Shown here one piece after another: positions 26,503-39,030 of a stretch of 64,000 nucleotides of DNA. Origin of the DNA: Atractiella rhizophila (taxonomy: Eukaryota); NCBI GenBank assembly GCA_021432655.1, contig MU271230.1:62001-126000 (forward strand). The letters are read 5' to 3'. Numbering within the stretch: the first letter of the stretch is position 1; every line of letters begins with the position of its first letter. Under the pieces are notes generated by a model. That model was not told where the DNA came from, did no database searches, and saw nothing but the letters and a program-made list of their open reading frames with translations. Position numbers and translations under genes: made by a program.

Positions 26503-28647
26503 TGTCAGGTTTGCATCTTACGCAAATCGGCGCCCGTTCGCCGGATTGCGTCTCCTATCGCCCATTTGCGTTCCCTGCGAATCGGCGCCCGTGCGCCACT
26601 GCGTCTCCCGTCGCCTATTTGCACGCAGTGCAAATCGGCGCCCGTTCGCCCATTTGCGCCTACCGACCTCAAACACGCACCATACTCCTCCCCTCCGTTT
26701 ACTACACCTGTTACAACGCCTCCATTAGGGTCTGTATTGCCTACTACTCTCGTCTTCGTACTCTTGGCACCGGTAGTTGTTACTCCTCTCGACCTGCACA
26801 GCCTAGCCCGGTGAAAACCTACTCCCTGTATTTAACTATACTTGGTGTCTATCGGGTTTTGGAGTAGACAGGTAGGTAAAAGCCTCTCCCGTTACGATTC
26901 TAGTCAGTATATTCATTTTCTTTTCCAAAAGTCTAACTTTTCCTGTTTGTTCTAGAGAAAAGAAACTAGTAGGCTATCGGGTGAGTTGGTTGAGAAGACC
27001 TTAGCAAAAGGACTCTTCTATTTTTCTCCCCCCTCTCTCGACGGTGAGCGTCATTGTGTAAGCTATTCCCAATGGTCAAGTTCGAACAGACTGAAACGAG
27101 CTATTTACCGAGAAGAGAGTCGTCCGGGTTAATGCGCTGCCTGAGGATAGAAGGCCGGCGGAGGGTCGAGGTTTGGGAAGAGTAGGTATAAACGGTCTAG
27201 TAGGGTATTTTAAGGCATAAAAGAGTACCGGGGGAGCTCTTCTAGTTTTATCCTCACTTGTAAACAGGCTAACTTTCGAAAACGTGCGAACCCTAGGTTT
27301 CCTAAACGAAACTTTGAGGCTTAGAGACAAGGTACGGCGAAGTAGTTTGCCATTATGGTCGGAAAAGGGACCGCCGGAGGGGTGTTAGAAGAAGTGTTGG
27401 TCCATATTTGGGGAGGATACTTCTCCTTCGGGACTTAGAGGCTGGGTGGCTTAGGTCGAATAGTCAGGACGAAGGAGAGGGAAATGAGTTGTTCGCGACT
27501 ACAACTACTGAAAGATGGGCCAAATTGGGGAGGTTCTGTGGCCATGGATTCTCATGGTATTAAGTACTTCCATTTTGGAGGTAAAGGTAAACCTATCCTT
27601 ATGGCACTTCGTTCAATAGATATCCTTTACCGCGTGACACCCAGGAACCAAGAGAGCCGGAGAAGAACCTCGAAGGTTATTTAGAGGTGACGAAGGTGTT
27701 TCAGGAAGAGGGAAAATCGGTTGTGTAGAAAAAATGATTCCAGGAAGAAGAAGAAACCACCGTAAGCCTCCTCCGACCTCGACACCCCTGTGCCAACCTT
27801 CAACGCAACCATTCCTGCACAGCTGGGTTCGTGCACTGGTCTTTTCGCACACCTTAACGACTGAACTTTGAATTTAACGCCTAAAACGCGTTGTACGATT
27901 GTTACCTCGTGGTCTGAAATTGTTCACCAGAGAGTAGTTCAACATCCGACTAGACTCGTTTTGAATCTGTCACCTTATTGATCTACAAAGAGAACAAATA
28001 AGGGTTTTTTTTAGTGTCATTAGTCTATAGGAATGACTCTTTATGTATTTAAGTAATGACGATATAAAAGCTTCTATAGAGTTTCCCTCAAGGTGGTTAA
28101 ACAACGACTTATCTCTCCTTTTATACGCGTGTACGTTCCTCTAAGACTTATGTTTAAAAGATTTCCCTAACCTAAACTAAACCCGCTGAAATAATATACC
28201 ACAATTTCTAGACCCATACAATTCAAAGACCCATGGTGTATCATCAAGTGCTTAAACGGGACTCCTTCTTCTCTCTGTAACTAACTTCGGCGAAAGCAAG
28301 GCGGAGACTTCTCTGATACACTACCCGACCACCTGCGGTTTCCTCCCTTCTCCCTCAACTAGGGGACCTTGAAACGTCCCGCCCACAATCCCGACTGTGA
28401 CATCACCTCTATTTTGGATTCACGTACTATACTGTACTTCTGATTGGACATCACCTCTATTTGGATTCTCTTATGAGACTCCAGTGGAGGTGATGAGAGA
28501 CTAGATATATATGTTCGCCTTATTGTGACGGTGTCTCGCATCTCCTCTCGTCTACTTTGTACATTCTCTTGATCTTCCCCTTCACTGTCACCCTAATGCG
28601 CCTCAATTATTCTCCTCCTATCCGTGTTAACCCGATTCACCACTACA
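26503..28647 (+). repeat. Solo LTR of the same chromovirus family, split by the mirrored segment (26503-26661 plus 28647 back to 28385)
   Basis: TGTCAGGTTTGC start. Reading 28647 leftwards continues the LTR to ...GCCCTAACA. Flanks CTCGC / CCCGC form a near-TSD. Confidence 0.85.
26662..28647. other. Mirrored segment 1 (reversed, not complemented)
   Basis: 28449-28647 is the base-by-base complement of LTR 21873-22071 (one extra T). Flipping the segment restores LTR continuity. It abuts the 253-N gap at 28648-28900. Confidence 0.95.
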
Positions 28648-28900
28648 NNNNNNNNNNNNNNNNNNNNNNNNNNNNNNNNNNNNNNNNNNNNNNNNNNNNN
28701 NNNNNNNNNNNNNNNNNNNNNNNNNNNNNNNNNNNNNNNNNNNNNNNNNNNNNNNNNNNNNNNNNNNNNNNNNNNNNNNNNNNNNNNNNNNNNNNNNNNN
28801 NNNNNNNNNNNNNNNNNNNNNNNNNNNNNNNNNNNNNNNNNNNNNNNNNNNNNNNNNNNNNNNNNNNNNNNNNNNNNNNNNNNNNNNNNNNNNNNNNNNN

Positions 28901-29835
28901 CTCGCGAAAGCCGCTCCAGTCCTCCTTATGTCAACCCATCGACTCACACACAACTTCAGACGGATTTAGAAGACCCCCTCGCTAACAGCTCTGACCCACT
29001 CTCTGACGACGACTTCAATGACTCTCTCTCAGATTCTGGGGAACCTCCAACAATTGAGGAGGGCTTTCAGCTCATTGATGCCGAAACCTGCCTTCTACGC
29101 ATGAAAGAGGTGCCTCCTCTGACGCTTAATTCGACACAGTTACAGGCTGCTCAACTTCCACTAGAACAAGACATCTCCACATCTTCTTCTGCTCCGGTTC
29201 TCCCAACTCCAACGAGACTCCCTTCATCCGACACTCTAACAGTGACCCTGCATACTCCGATCAACCCAAATCACTTCTATCCAAAGAAGCCACTAACCAT
29301 CTTCCGCAATCGAGAGGGGCAGAGGATCCACGTCTCTGCCAAAAGCCCATCGATGTTGTTATTTCGTGCCTTGTCCGCAATGGATACAGTGCGGAGTGAA
29401 GATCAACATCGAGAAGGGGCACTAAGAGCATCAGTGGAGATGCTGACAAGGGAGAATGGACAGTTGCGAAATGCCCTGGAGTCAAAGAAGAAACCGGGAA
29501 AGAAAACAGAATTGACGACGACAGCACGGTTGTTGAGTGGCGTAGAAGCCTATGAGAAGATGTTGGAGAATGAGCAAGCAGCTGAAGAAAAAACAGCCGG
29601 GGAAGCACGCAAGAAAGTGGAGACTGCAAGAAAGAGAGCAGAGACTGCCAAGAAGAAAGAGGAGAAGGAACAAGAGAAAAAAGTGAAGGCAAATATGAGG
29701 GAAATGAAGCGGAGGGAGAAGGAGGAAGCTGAGAAGAACAAACCTCCACACAAAAGAGGTGGAGGTACTAATAGACTACAGCTCCCCGTAATTCACCATT
29801 CCGATTACTTTATCTCCTCCTCCGCTCCTTGCTAA
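28901..29835 (+). CDS. Probable C-terminal, KE-rich part of the pogo transposase
   Basis: Open frame after the gap, inside the TIRs. ENGQLRNAL..KKK..ARLLS plus a KE-rich tail resembles fungal Fot1-type C-termini. Confidence 0.6.
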
Positions 29836-30828
29836 CAATTAGTGCAGCAGCCATCATCACCTCATACAACGGAAGCGGTCCCTTCAACCTCCAGCCTGCC
29901 TTCTCTTTTCTTCGGACCTCAGCAGTCACTTGCAGCAAGCTTTCCACAACTACACTCTGGGCAACCCCAAAATCTGTCATTCATGGGACACAATCCTGTT
30001 TTCAGTGACCAATTAGCCACAGAACAACTACAAGCCATTCATACAAAGCAATGGGAGAGTCTCAACCAATGCATGGATCTATTTAGTACGTTACATTTGA
30101 TACTAACAGAGTGTTAAGACAAACTGAGCACAGTGACACAACCTGATCCTTCAGACCATATTTTTGCATCAAATACCTCACGAAAGCGGCCAATGTCACC
30201 AGTCGAGGTTGATACATCACTCCCCACCCCAAAACGCCCATTCCTGCCACATCACCGCACCGAATCGATTCAGGATCTACACTCACAGGTTCTATCAATC
30301 CCACACCCTCAACAGCAAAGACCCAGTCTCCTAGCACCGCAATATCATTATACTATCGATCCAATTGACAATCCTCTCCAGAACTAGCTTCAAAACGCAA
30401 CAAAATATGCACGAGGACCAACGGAGGCAAGTAAGGCAGCTGGCAGCAGGTGCAAAGGAAGGGACCTAATTTCTCGTTCATTTGCTTTAATATCGGAAGC
30501 CAAGTACTTACACCTTTATAATACTATTTAATCATTGATAAACCAAGGATAAACCCAGTTTAAAGGTCGCGTTGGTCTTCAATAATTTTGCTTGATCAGG
30601 AAAGTGCGCGATTGTCATCAAGAGTCATCGCGACCATTTGAGCAAGGATGGCATTTAACACCATCAAAAAAGAGCCTCTTGCTCGTAGCTCTACTGCTGA
30701 ACTAAAAGACGTGTTTCCTATGAAGTAATTGTTGAATGGATAATTGAGACCCTTAATGAGGTATTCCGGGTATACCAAACCCCTGACAATCCGAGGTAGG
30801 CACAAAATCACGCGATGTTAAAGATCTA

Positions 30829-33800
30829 TAGTGTTGGTCGCCTACACACATCAACTGTGGCAAACCTTAAAATTGATCTTTCAGTTTTGACCCAATGGAC
30901 TATCTGTCTGTGGAATATGCTCTAAATGGGCCCTAGATTAAAACCTACAGACAACTTTTTGATACCTCTTCTTCCTGAGGAGCAATATTTTTTTTGTTCC
31001 CTGATTTGGAAAATGACCCCTTGTGTGTGCCATTGTACGATAAGCAGGCTACTGTACGCCTCGTTGTACGTCACATGATCTACTGTACGTTTTGTACAAG
31101 TACCGGAACCCTACTTTGCGTATTTCCGAACTGTGTTTCAAGAAGGAAGAAGCTTCATTTTCTTCTGTCCGTTCGCCTCTCGCTCCATCTCCAGCTTCAT
31201 GGGCAAGCGAAGGAAAGGGCGAGGGCGTCCTTCTCATGCGAAAGAAGCGAGGTACGCCGCCCTTCGTGAAGCTCGCAAGCAGGCAACTGCAGCCAGACTC
31301 GCCTCGCTTGCGTACACTCCAGCTCCAGCTTCCTCTTCTGGCTTCGACCGTCGTCACCGTGGATTCAGGATCTGATGATGAAGGACTTAAACTGCCCTCG
31401 TGATAGTGAGGAAGGAGACCACGATGAAGACAGCGATGAAGGCAAGCTGGATCTGGGTAGCGATGACGAAGAGGCTCCGGATAGTGCAGAACGATGAGAA
31501 GTTCTGCTGAAGGCCAGGGACGACCTCCCAGGATCTGTTTACGATGAACTTATGCGGTGGGGAGCGCATGCAAATGCTTGGGTCAGAGGGGAGAAGCAAA
31601 TTGGGAAGTCAAGGTCAAAAGGGTACAGGGATGGAGCGACTTCGACAGCGCTGACTTCTGTCTGGCGCAGAAATAAGTTTAATGAGGCTAGGCAACGGTG
31701 AGTCTTTACATAATGCTTTCTCTGAGATTACTGACTTCATTGCAGTGGATGTGAGCACATTGACAACATTTTCAAGCCGCTCCCTCGGAAGTCACGTCCA
31801 CACGTCCACAGGCAGCATCCTCACCCGAGAATCACACGCTGCCAGACGACATCCTCGTTGTGCTGACTGACGACGAGGACGAAGAGGACAAGGACCAGGA
31901 TGGCCCCCTTCTGTGTCTTCCATCCCTTCGGCGTACACCCCCTTTGCTGCCAACTCCCACTCCTCAGATATGTCACTTGCACCCACTAACATCCATCCGC
32001 CACAGCCTGCCACTCCACCACCTGCCTCTCCTCCGCCTATCACTCTGCCTCTGACTCCTCCTGTCACTCCACCTGTCCCTCCGCCTGTCCCTCCACCTGT
32101 TCCGCTGCCTGCCACTCCATCATCTGCCACTTCCCCACCTACTCCTTCACCAGGCACTCCTCCCCCTCCTCTGCCCACCACTTTGCCTGTGATGGGGAAG
32201 ACCAAGAGAACACGAGCGGAAGAGGAACCTACCGACGAATCTGCCCCGCCGCTCAAGCGAATACGTCCTACGAAGGAGGAGCGCACTCAGCACAGGCAGG
32301 AAACAGCTAGAAGAGTATGGGATAAGAGCTGCTCAGATTGAGAAGCTGTTGCAGAGGAATCAGTTTCTGACACACCTTCAGGGACGGAGGGTTCGAGCAT
32401 TGGAAACTTATTATAACCTGTTAAGACTGGGTACAAGAGGGAAGCTGGAAGCATCGCAGATTGCGGCAGCATCCCACCGATTCGGCTTGGTTTTCGGAGC
32501 ACGGTGCGTTCGTTTATGGGCCAACCATTATGAGGAGACAGGGGAGCTTCCAGTGTCAAATAGAGGTCAGTCCATTTGCTTATTGTCAAGTAAGTGCTCA
32601 TGATGCATTGCAGGGAGGCATGTAAAAACATATACATTGCTCAATGATCCAGAAATCTGTGGATATCTCCGTTCCTGGCTCCGTACAAATAAGTGGTCAA
32701 TGGATCCAACGAAGCTCGCTCAATTCCATGTCAACACGATGGTCCCACTTGCTCTGGAAAAGTATGCGAGGCAAACAATCCGAGAGGAGATTCCCACAAG
32801 GGTTGAAGAATTATCTTGAGGTGAAGCTATTTCCTCGTATCCGATTTAAGCCGGGACCAAAGGGTATCTCACTGAGGACAGCCAGGAGATGGTTGAAGAA
32901 AGAAGGCTTTAAATGGACCTATTACAAGAAGGGCCTCTACTTTGAGTACGTCTGCTGCTGCCCTTACCTTGCGGAGTATGAGTGTGACCTGACTTTCTGT
33001 ACATGTGCAGCGGTCATGAGCGGCCAGATGTTGTCAAGTATCGGCAAGAGGTTTTCATTCCCCAGTTTGAAAGCTATATTCCACGCCTCCGTCAATATGA
33101 AGTTAGAAATGTGATGAAAGAAGTTGTTAAGGATCTTGCCCCTGAAACCCGCCGAGTTGTCCTTGTCTCTCATGACGAGTGGACTTGCAATGCACATGAT
33201 GGCAAACACTTCTCATGGGTGCTTGACGGGCAAAACAACCTTCGAAAGAAAGGACAAGGTCGTGGTCTACACCGGTCAGACTTCATTTGCTCAACCCAAG
33301 GATGGCTGGAGGAAGCTGGGGAGCAGTTGGAGTACGGGAAGAATCATGAAGGATATTAGAATGCTGAGAAGCTGGCTGAGCAGGTCGGCATTCTTTCCTT
33401 GGGGTTGTGCTCTTGTCAATTGATATGTTCAGGTGGAAAAAAAGTTCATCCCGGTTTTTGAACGGTTACATCCGGGAGACCAGGCACTTGTCATTTTCGA
33501 TAACTCAACCGGCCATGCAGCTCTCGCAAAGGATGCCCTGAACACCAAGCATATGAATGTTAATTCTGGTGTGTACTTTCTTTATCAGTCTTATTTTATG
33601 GCATTGCTTATCTTTTACCAGGTGGGGCACAAGCAAGGCTGAGGGACGGCTGGTGGGTGGATGCAACCGGGAGAAGACATGTCCAGCAGATGGTTTATGA
33701 TGATGGAACTCCGAAAGGGATGAGGGTTGTGTTGGAGGAGAGAAACTTGTGGTTGCCGGGACTGCGGGGGAAGTGTAAGAAAGTTGCTGACCATCGTGAC

Positions 33801-34545
33801 GATCACAAGTGTTGCGCCGGTAAGCTTCTTCCTTTGATTTTGAAAGTTGACTTACGTCTGTGTTAGAGAGATGGCTTGCAGCACAGCCAGATTTCCTGAA
33901 GCAGAAGCCATTTGTGCAAGAGATTCTGGAGCGGAGAGGCCATTGTGCAATTTTCCTCCCAAAATTTCATTGCGAATTAAATTTTATTGAGTTTTTCTGG
34001 GGAGCAATGAAACGATATATCAGAGGTAATGGCAGGCTTCCGCTTATCTGCTTTGTGACTGACATATGGAACAGAGAATTGCGACTATACCTTTGAAGGA
34101 TTGAAGCGAACGGTTCCAGAAGGTTTGCGGTCAGTACCATTGTCAACAATCCGTAAATTTGAGCACCGGAGCCACCGCTGGATTCAAGCCTACAAGGAGG
34201 GGAAGAGTGTGATTGATGCTGAATATCAACAGAAGCAGTACTCTTCACATTGCAGGATTCCTGAGGCTCGAGCAGCTCGGGAAGATCAATAATTTACAAT
34301 AAAGGAGATATCTTTGCGTCATAATTAGAGTCTGATAATTTCCTTATATACAAATAGTAAATTCATCTAACCCACTCTTCTTGACCGCGACAACCTTGTT
34401 CCTCAGCCTTATCAAGTCTGGCCAAGTCTGGCCAACGACAAGTGAGCAACAAAAAAAAAAATTAGAAATTTGGAATGACCCATCATCAACTGTCATCAAC
34501 GAGTCATGGTTTGCCACAGTGGTTGCGACTAGCCGACCTTCACCA
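30829..34545 (+). mobile_element. Tc1/IS630-like DNA transposon copy 1, nested in the pogo element
   Basis: TA at 30827-28 and 34546-47. Imperfect ~38-bp TIRs ending ACTGTGGCAAACC. Both boundaries match copy 2. Confidence 0.88.
31199..34292 (+). pseudogene. Spliced DDE transposase (Tc1/IS630-like)
   Basis: ISLRTARRWLKKEGF, VSHDE, FDNSTGH and LPKFHCELNFIEFFWGAMKRY motifs with multiple GT-AG introns. Frameshift at ~32795 and TAG at 33357. Confidence 0.85.
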
Positions 34546-35095
34546 TATGTAAAATTCCGACCTTAGGTGTTAAGTTTCCGGGTACCACATAGTAGCTCGA
34601 CTTGCTATGGTTCTGTGCGGGAATTCACGAGTATGGAACTGGGTACGGATGTGCCCTCTTTCCTGCATCCATCCCTGATCCATCCACGCAACAACTTGAT
34701 CAATCTAGGTCCGTCCACTTGCTCCGCTTCAATCGTTTTGTTCATTAATTAAAGAAGGTCAATTCTCGATACCCACCACAAACCAGACGTTCGTCCTGCT
34801 TCATGTACAGTATAAAGGCAAGCGACGTCCTTCAATCCCCAGCCACGAAACCATACATCGATCGTGCCTTTTGCCTAGATTCTCCAGCTACATCTTGGTA
34901 GTCTTACACGTAACTGTTTGAAGCCTTGGATCATTTTTTCGTCAATCTTCGTTACAGTTTCGATCACGTCGAGATCCGAAAGGTGAGGAGGGAGGATGGT
35001 GCGAGCTGATAATGTGACTCAGGCATGACTTCATCTCCATTTTTGGCTTTCTTCTTCTCATCTAACGTGGTTTATGGGCTGTCTCTTCTCAAAAG

Positions 35096-36305
35096 ATGAC
35101 TGAGCAAACATCTCGCCTATCTCATGGCACTCAGGAACCAAAATTGACGGCACTGGTCCATGTCATCACCCCAAATAACGATCCCGATTCGATTCACCTC
35201 TCCATTCTTCCGTCTTTCTTATCTTGCCTACCTTCGTCGATTCACACGGTCCGGATTTCGTTTGCCTTGTCGCGACCAAATATGAGGTTGAACCTTGCAG
35301 CGATGTCACCAAAATTGTGTTATTTATCACTTGAACGGGTCAACAATGCGGCGCACAAGGAAGGTGCAATCAATCTTCATATTACCGTCCATCCCAAAAA
35401 TGTCTCAGTAACCTTTTTGGATATTGAGGGGCATGCATCGACTGTCGAAAGAGATGTCAAATCAGAGGTCGACACACTTGCTTCAAATGGCAATCCATTT
35501 ATCCGTGCATTTCCTTGCTTTCGCGAGAATGCTATATTCGTCCCCTTAGCTTCATTCTCCCAACATGAAGGACGCTTCCACCCCATCGATGAAGACGAAT
35601 CATCGTCCCCCCCATTCCTCCCGACCGCTAGCATCATCCAACTCTCTGTCCCACCTCCAGAAGTTATTCCATGCACAATTTCGAGCTTGCCTGTGGAGCT
35701 CCTCTGTCTCATATTTAGTTTCTCCGACGTCGCTTTCACCGTCTCGGAAGTGTGCGAGCTTTGGAGGAAGGTTTCAGCACCTTATTGGAGCGAACCTGAT
35801 TCTGTATCGGGCAAGTACACTCGATTGAACCGCTATCCTGGTGCTGGACGACTATGGGACACCCTGGAGTTTTACGAAAGTATGGATGTTGGGATGGTGA
35901 AGGAGATCATTGCTGGCTCGCCGAATATCACGACGGTGTGGATGCATGCATTTTGGAATGAAGAGGAGGCGAAGACTGTGTTGAATGCAATCGAAGGTAA
36001 ATGGCTGGATGAAGTCAGCTTTGGAAGTGGTTCAAGAAAGTGGAGGAGGGACGAGATCGAAAACTTTATGCGGATGAAGGGTGATGGGATCAGACGGCTC
36101 CAAGCTCACGACGTGGAGGAATCTCCCGCTTCAGCCTCAGCAGGCCTTCACTTATGCTCTCGCCTCGAATACCTTGACCTCTACAAATACCCGCCCCTTC
36201 CATCGCTCTGCCTCCCACACACCGTCAAGCACCTCCAGCTCTCCAATATGTGTCCACTCCCTTCTTCCATCTCAGAGTCCCCTCTGCCGCCTCTTCTGCA
36301 AGACC
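35096..36305 (+). CDS. F-box/LRR family copy 4, runs into assembly gap
   Basis: Aligns to copies 1-3. Open until the 25-N gap at 36306-36330. Confidence 0.75.
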
Positions 36306-36330
36306 NNNNNNNNNNNNNNNNNNNNNNNNN

Positions 36331-39030
36331 GGCGGGAACAGGAAAGAAAGTTTCCAACAAAACGGGCAGTTCGTGGGTACTCTTCACAAACGGTAGTACA
36401 CGTAACGTTCAGCTGAGCAGTACTCTCTGTTCCTGTTGAGCCGCCCAAAGTCCCCGTTCTAGGAATTGTTGAAGAAAGTAGTGTAAAGGTTGAAGTATAA
36501 CTACCTTCGGCACCTTATATCGAAAGTTTGACCCCTTACTTTTGGAGAACGGCTATGAACTGTTGTAGACCGGCGAGTACTGGCGACGTGTACATGTCTT
36601 TTCAGTCCAGTGTGAGTATGAGGTGTTCCATTCCCGTCGTCGTCTGCATGAGTTTCATCTCCGGGAAGAACATTATCCAGGTAAATTTCGGAAGAAAGAA
36701 GTTGGTAGAGGACCGACAGGAGTCACTCTATGGGAAACCAGGGCCGAATTTAGCCTATGCTCCTTTATCGAGGTGGAGTTCTATTAAGAAGTTGGGAACG
36801 CCTTAGAGGAGAGCCTAACAAACGGAGCGTATGAAAAGGTCGCGTTCACCCTGGTAGTACAACTGTACCTTAACTCGCTCGAAGCAACCTAGGTAACTGG
36901 TGAATAAACATGCCTCGGTCCTTGCCTCTATAGGTGTCTAAAGACCTAGTAACTCGTTACATATACAAAAATGTACGGAGGGACGTTACGTAGTACTCGT
37001 GTATGAACTGTTATTCGTTTACCTGACTGGAGATAAACTGTGACCTTCGAGGGGACAGAGGAGTATTACCAACCGGGTATTTGCTTACGTGGCACGAGGC
37101 TTTCGGTTCGGTTTAGCCACCCTACGACGGCGTTAGACGCTACGAAGGTCGAAGGGAGAACATGGGTCAGAATTGTCCAATATTATTCAAAGGTTGCGAG
37201 CTTGGGAGGCAGGGACTTCCACACAGTCTTTGACTAAGGAGACGTTGTCGAAGAGTTAGACTCGTCGAGAATAGGGTATGAGAAGATCGACAAAGGAGGA
37301 CACGACTCACGCGAGGAGGAAGCATCCTGCATAAGCGAACTCGCCGCCCCGTCTAAGCAGCCATCCAAGGAGAAGGCGAGCACAAGAGAACCAGAAGGGG
37401 TAGTGTCCGTTTCACCACCCGTCTCCTCCCCTCCTCACGGACCACCTCCTCATCCACCCCTTCACCGTCTACTACCTCACCGTCTACTACCTCACCGTCT
37501 ACTACCTCGTCGTCGCCTTGTCCACCTCGCTGTCCGTCTCCCTGTCCACCTCACTGTCCGCCTCAGTCTCCGTCTCACTATCCGCCTCCTCTCCGTCCAC
37601 CACCTCACCGTCCGACACCGCTTACCTACAATCACCCACGTTCACTGTATAGACTCCTCACCCTCAACCGTCGTTTCCCCCACATACGGCTTCCCTACCT
37701 TCTGTGTCTTCCCCCCGGTAGGACCAGGAACAGGAGAAGCAGGAGCAGCAGTCAGTCGTGTTGCTCCTACAGCAGGCCGTCGCACACTAAGAGCCCACTC
37801 CTACGACGGACACCTGCACTGAAGGCTCCCTCGCCGAACTTTTACAACAGTTACGCGAGTGTAGGTGACGTTACTTCAGTCATTAGAGTCTCTTTCGTAA
37901 TACATTTCTGAGTGGCAACGGATCGGAGTAATTTGAATAAAGACGCGGTCTGTCTTCAGTCGCGACAGCTTCAGCGAGGTAGGGATATGGGAAAACTGGA
38001 ACTGAAGGGTTAAACGAAGAGGGGAGACTGGGTTCGTAAACGTACGTGAGGGGTGGCGTATTCAAGTAGCATTTGTCTAGGACCCTCCAGCAGGGACCGG
38101 AAGTCGTCTTGAAGAGTAGCAAGACGTGATAGGCCTCGGAGAAGCAGTAGCGATGGGTCTAGGTCGAGCGGAAGTAGCGACAGAAGTAGCACCAGAGGAA
38201 GGAGTGATAGGAGAAGGAGGTTGAGAGAAAGGAGCGATAGGAGAAGGAGCCTAAGAGAGTCTTGGTAGTTGGAAAGGAGAAGGGGTTCGCTCGGCCTTAG
38301 CCCGCCTCCTCTTTGGTTGCCCTATCCCAGTTCGAGCTTCGGTAACGCACTCCTCATGTGTGACAAGTCATCCATAGTCAACCCAAGGATAACTATTCGT
38401 CTATTGAGTGCTCCTGTCAAATTCAGGAAGTAGTAGTCTACTAGGACTTAGGTGCCACTGCTGCAGCTTCGGTCTTCTCCTTCGACCTCGACCTCACATG
38501 CGTTCGCTCCGCTCAGACCGACGTCAACGGACGAACGCTCGAAGTGCTTCCCGCCGTATGGAGTGAAGAAAGCGTACTCTTCCTGCGGGAGTGGGAAAGG
38601 AAGCGAACGGGTACTTCGACCTCTACCTCGCTCTCCGTTTTGCCTGTCTTCTTTTACTTCGAAGAAGGAAGAACTTTGTGTCAAGCTTTTTATGCGTTTT
38701 ATCCCAAGGCCATGAACATGTTTTGCATGTCATCTAGTACACTGCATGTTGCTCCGCATGTCATCGGGACGAATAGCATGTTACCGTGTGTGTTCCCCAG
38801 TAAAAGGTTTAGTCCCTTGTTTTTTTTATAACGAGGAGTCCTTCTTCTCCATAGTTTTTCAACAGACATGCAAAATTAGATCCCGGGTAAATCTCGTATA
38901 AGGTGTCTGTCTATCAGGTAACCCAGTTTTGACTTTCTAGTTAAAATTCCAAACGGTGTCAACTACACACATCCCGCTGGTTGTGATATCCGTAACAACG
39001 TTGGCTTCCCCAAAATAGCCCTGCTCATAT
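36331..39030. other. Mirrored segment 2 (reversed, not complemented)
   Basis: Read right-to-left, 38990 to 36331 matches 30826-33263. The reversed end CAAGGGCGG joins GGTCTACACCGG at 39031 in frame (QGRGLHR). Confidence 0.95.

Larger units (their letters stand above)
26662..34592 (+). mobile_element. Fot1/pogo-like DNA transposon (left end lies in mirrored segment 1)
   Basis: 25-bp TIRs: CTATGTGGTACCCAGAAACTTAACA (read 28242 to 28218) and TGTTAAGTTTCCGGGTACCACATAG (34568-34592), with TA TSD. Backwards translation from 27764 gives MPPKKKKD..NMDEKG..NGWTD..DGHGSH..PHTTHKLQP. Confidence 0.9.

Noticed and set aside
28557..28985. ORFs spanning the N run (and the 35096-36439 C-terminus past 36305)
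   Set aside because: Translation through gaps and mirrored sequence.
31913..32341. Separate extensin-like Pro-rich gene
   Set aside because: It is inside the Tc1-like TIRs and is a low-complexity part of the transposase gene region.
37403..37822. 139-aa His/Leu/Pro-rich ORF with HRLLP repeats
   Set aside because: It lies in mirrored segment 2 and is the backwards image of the Pro-rich stretch at ~31870-32180.
26662..39030. Mirror repeats as a novel biological copying mechanism or triplex DNA
   Set aside because: Both segments abut N gaps, and flipping them restores seamless LTR and codon continuity. A software error is far more likely.
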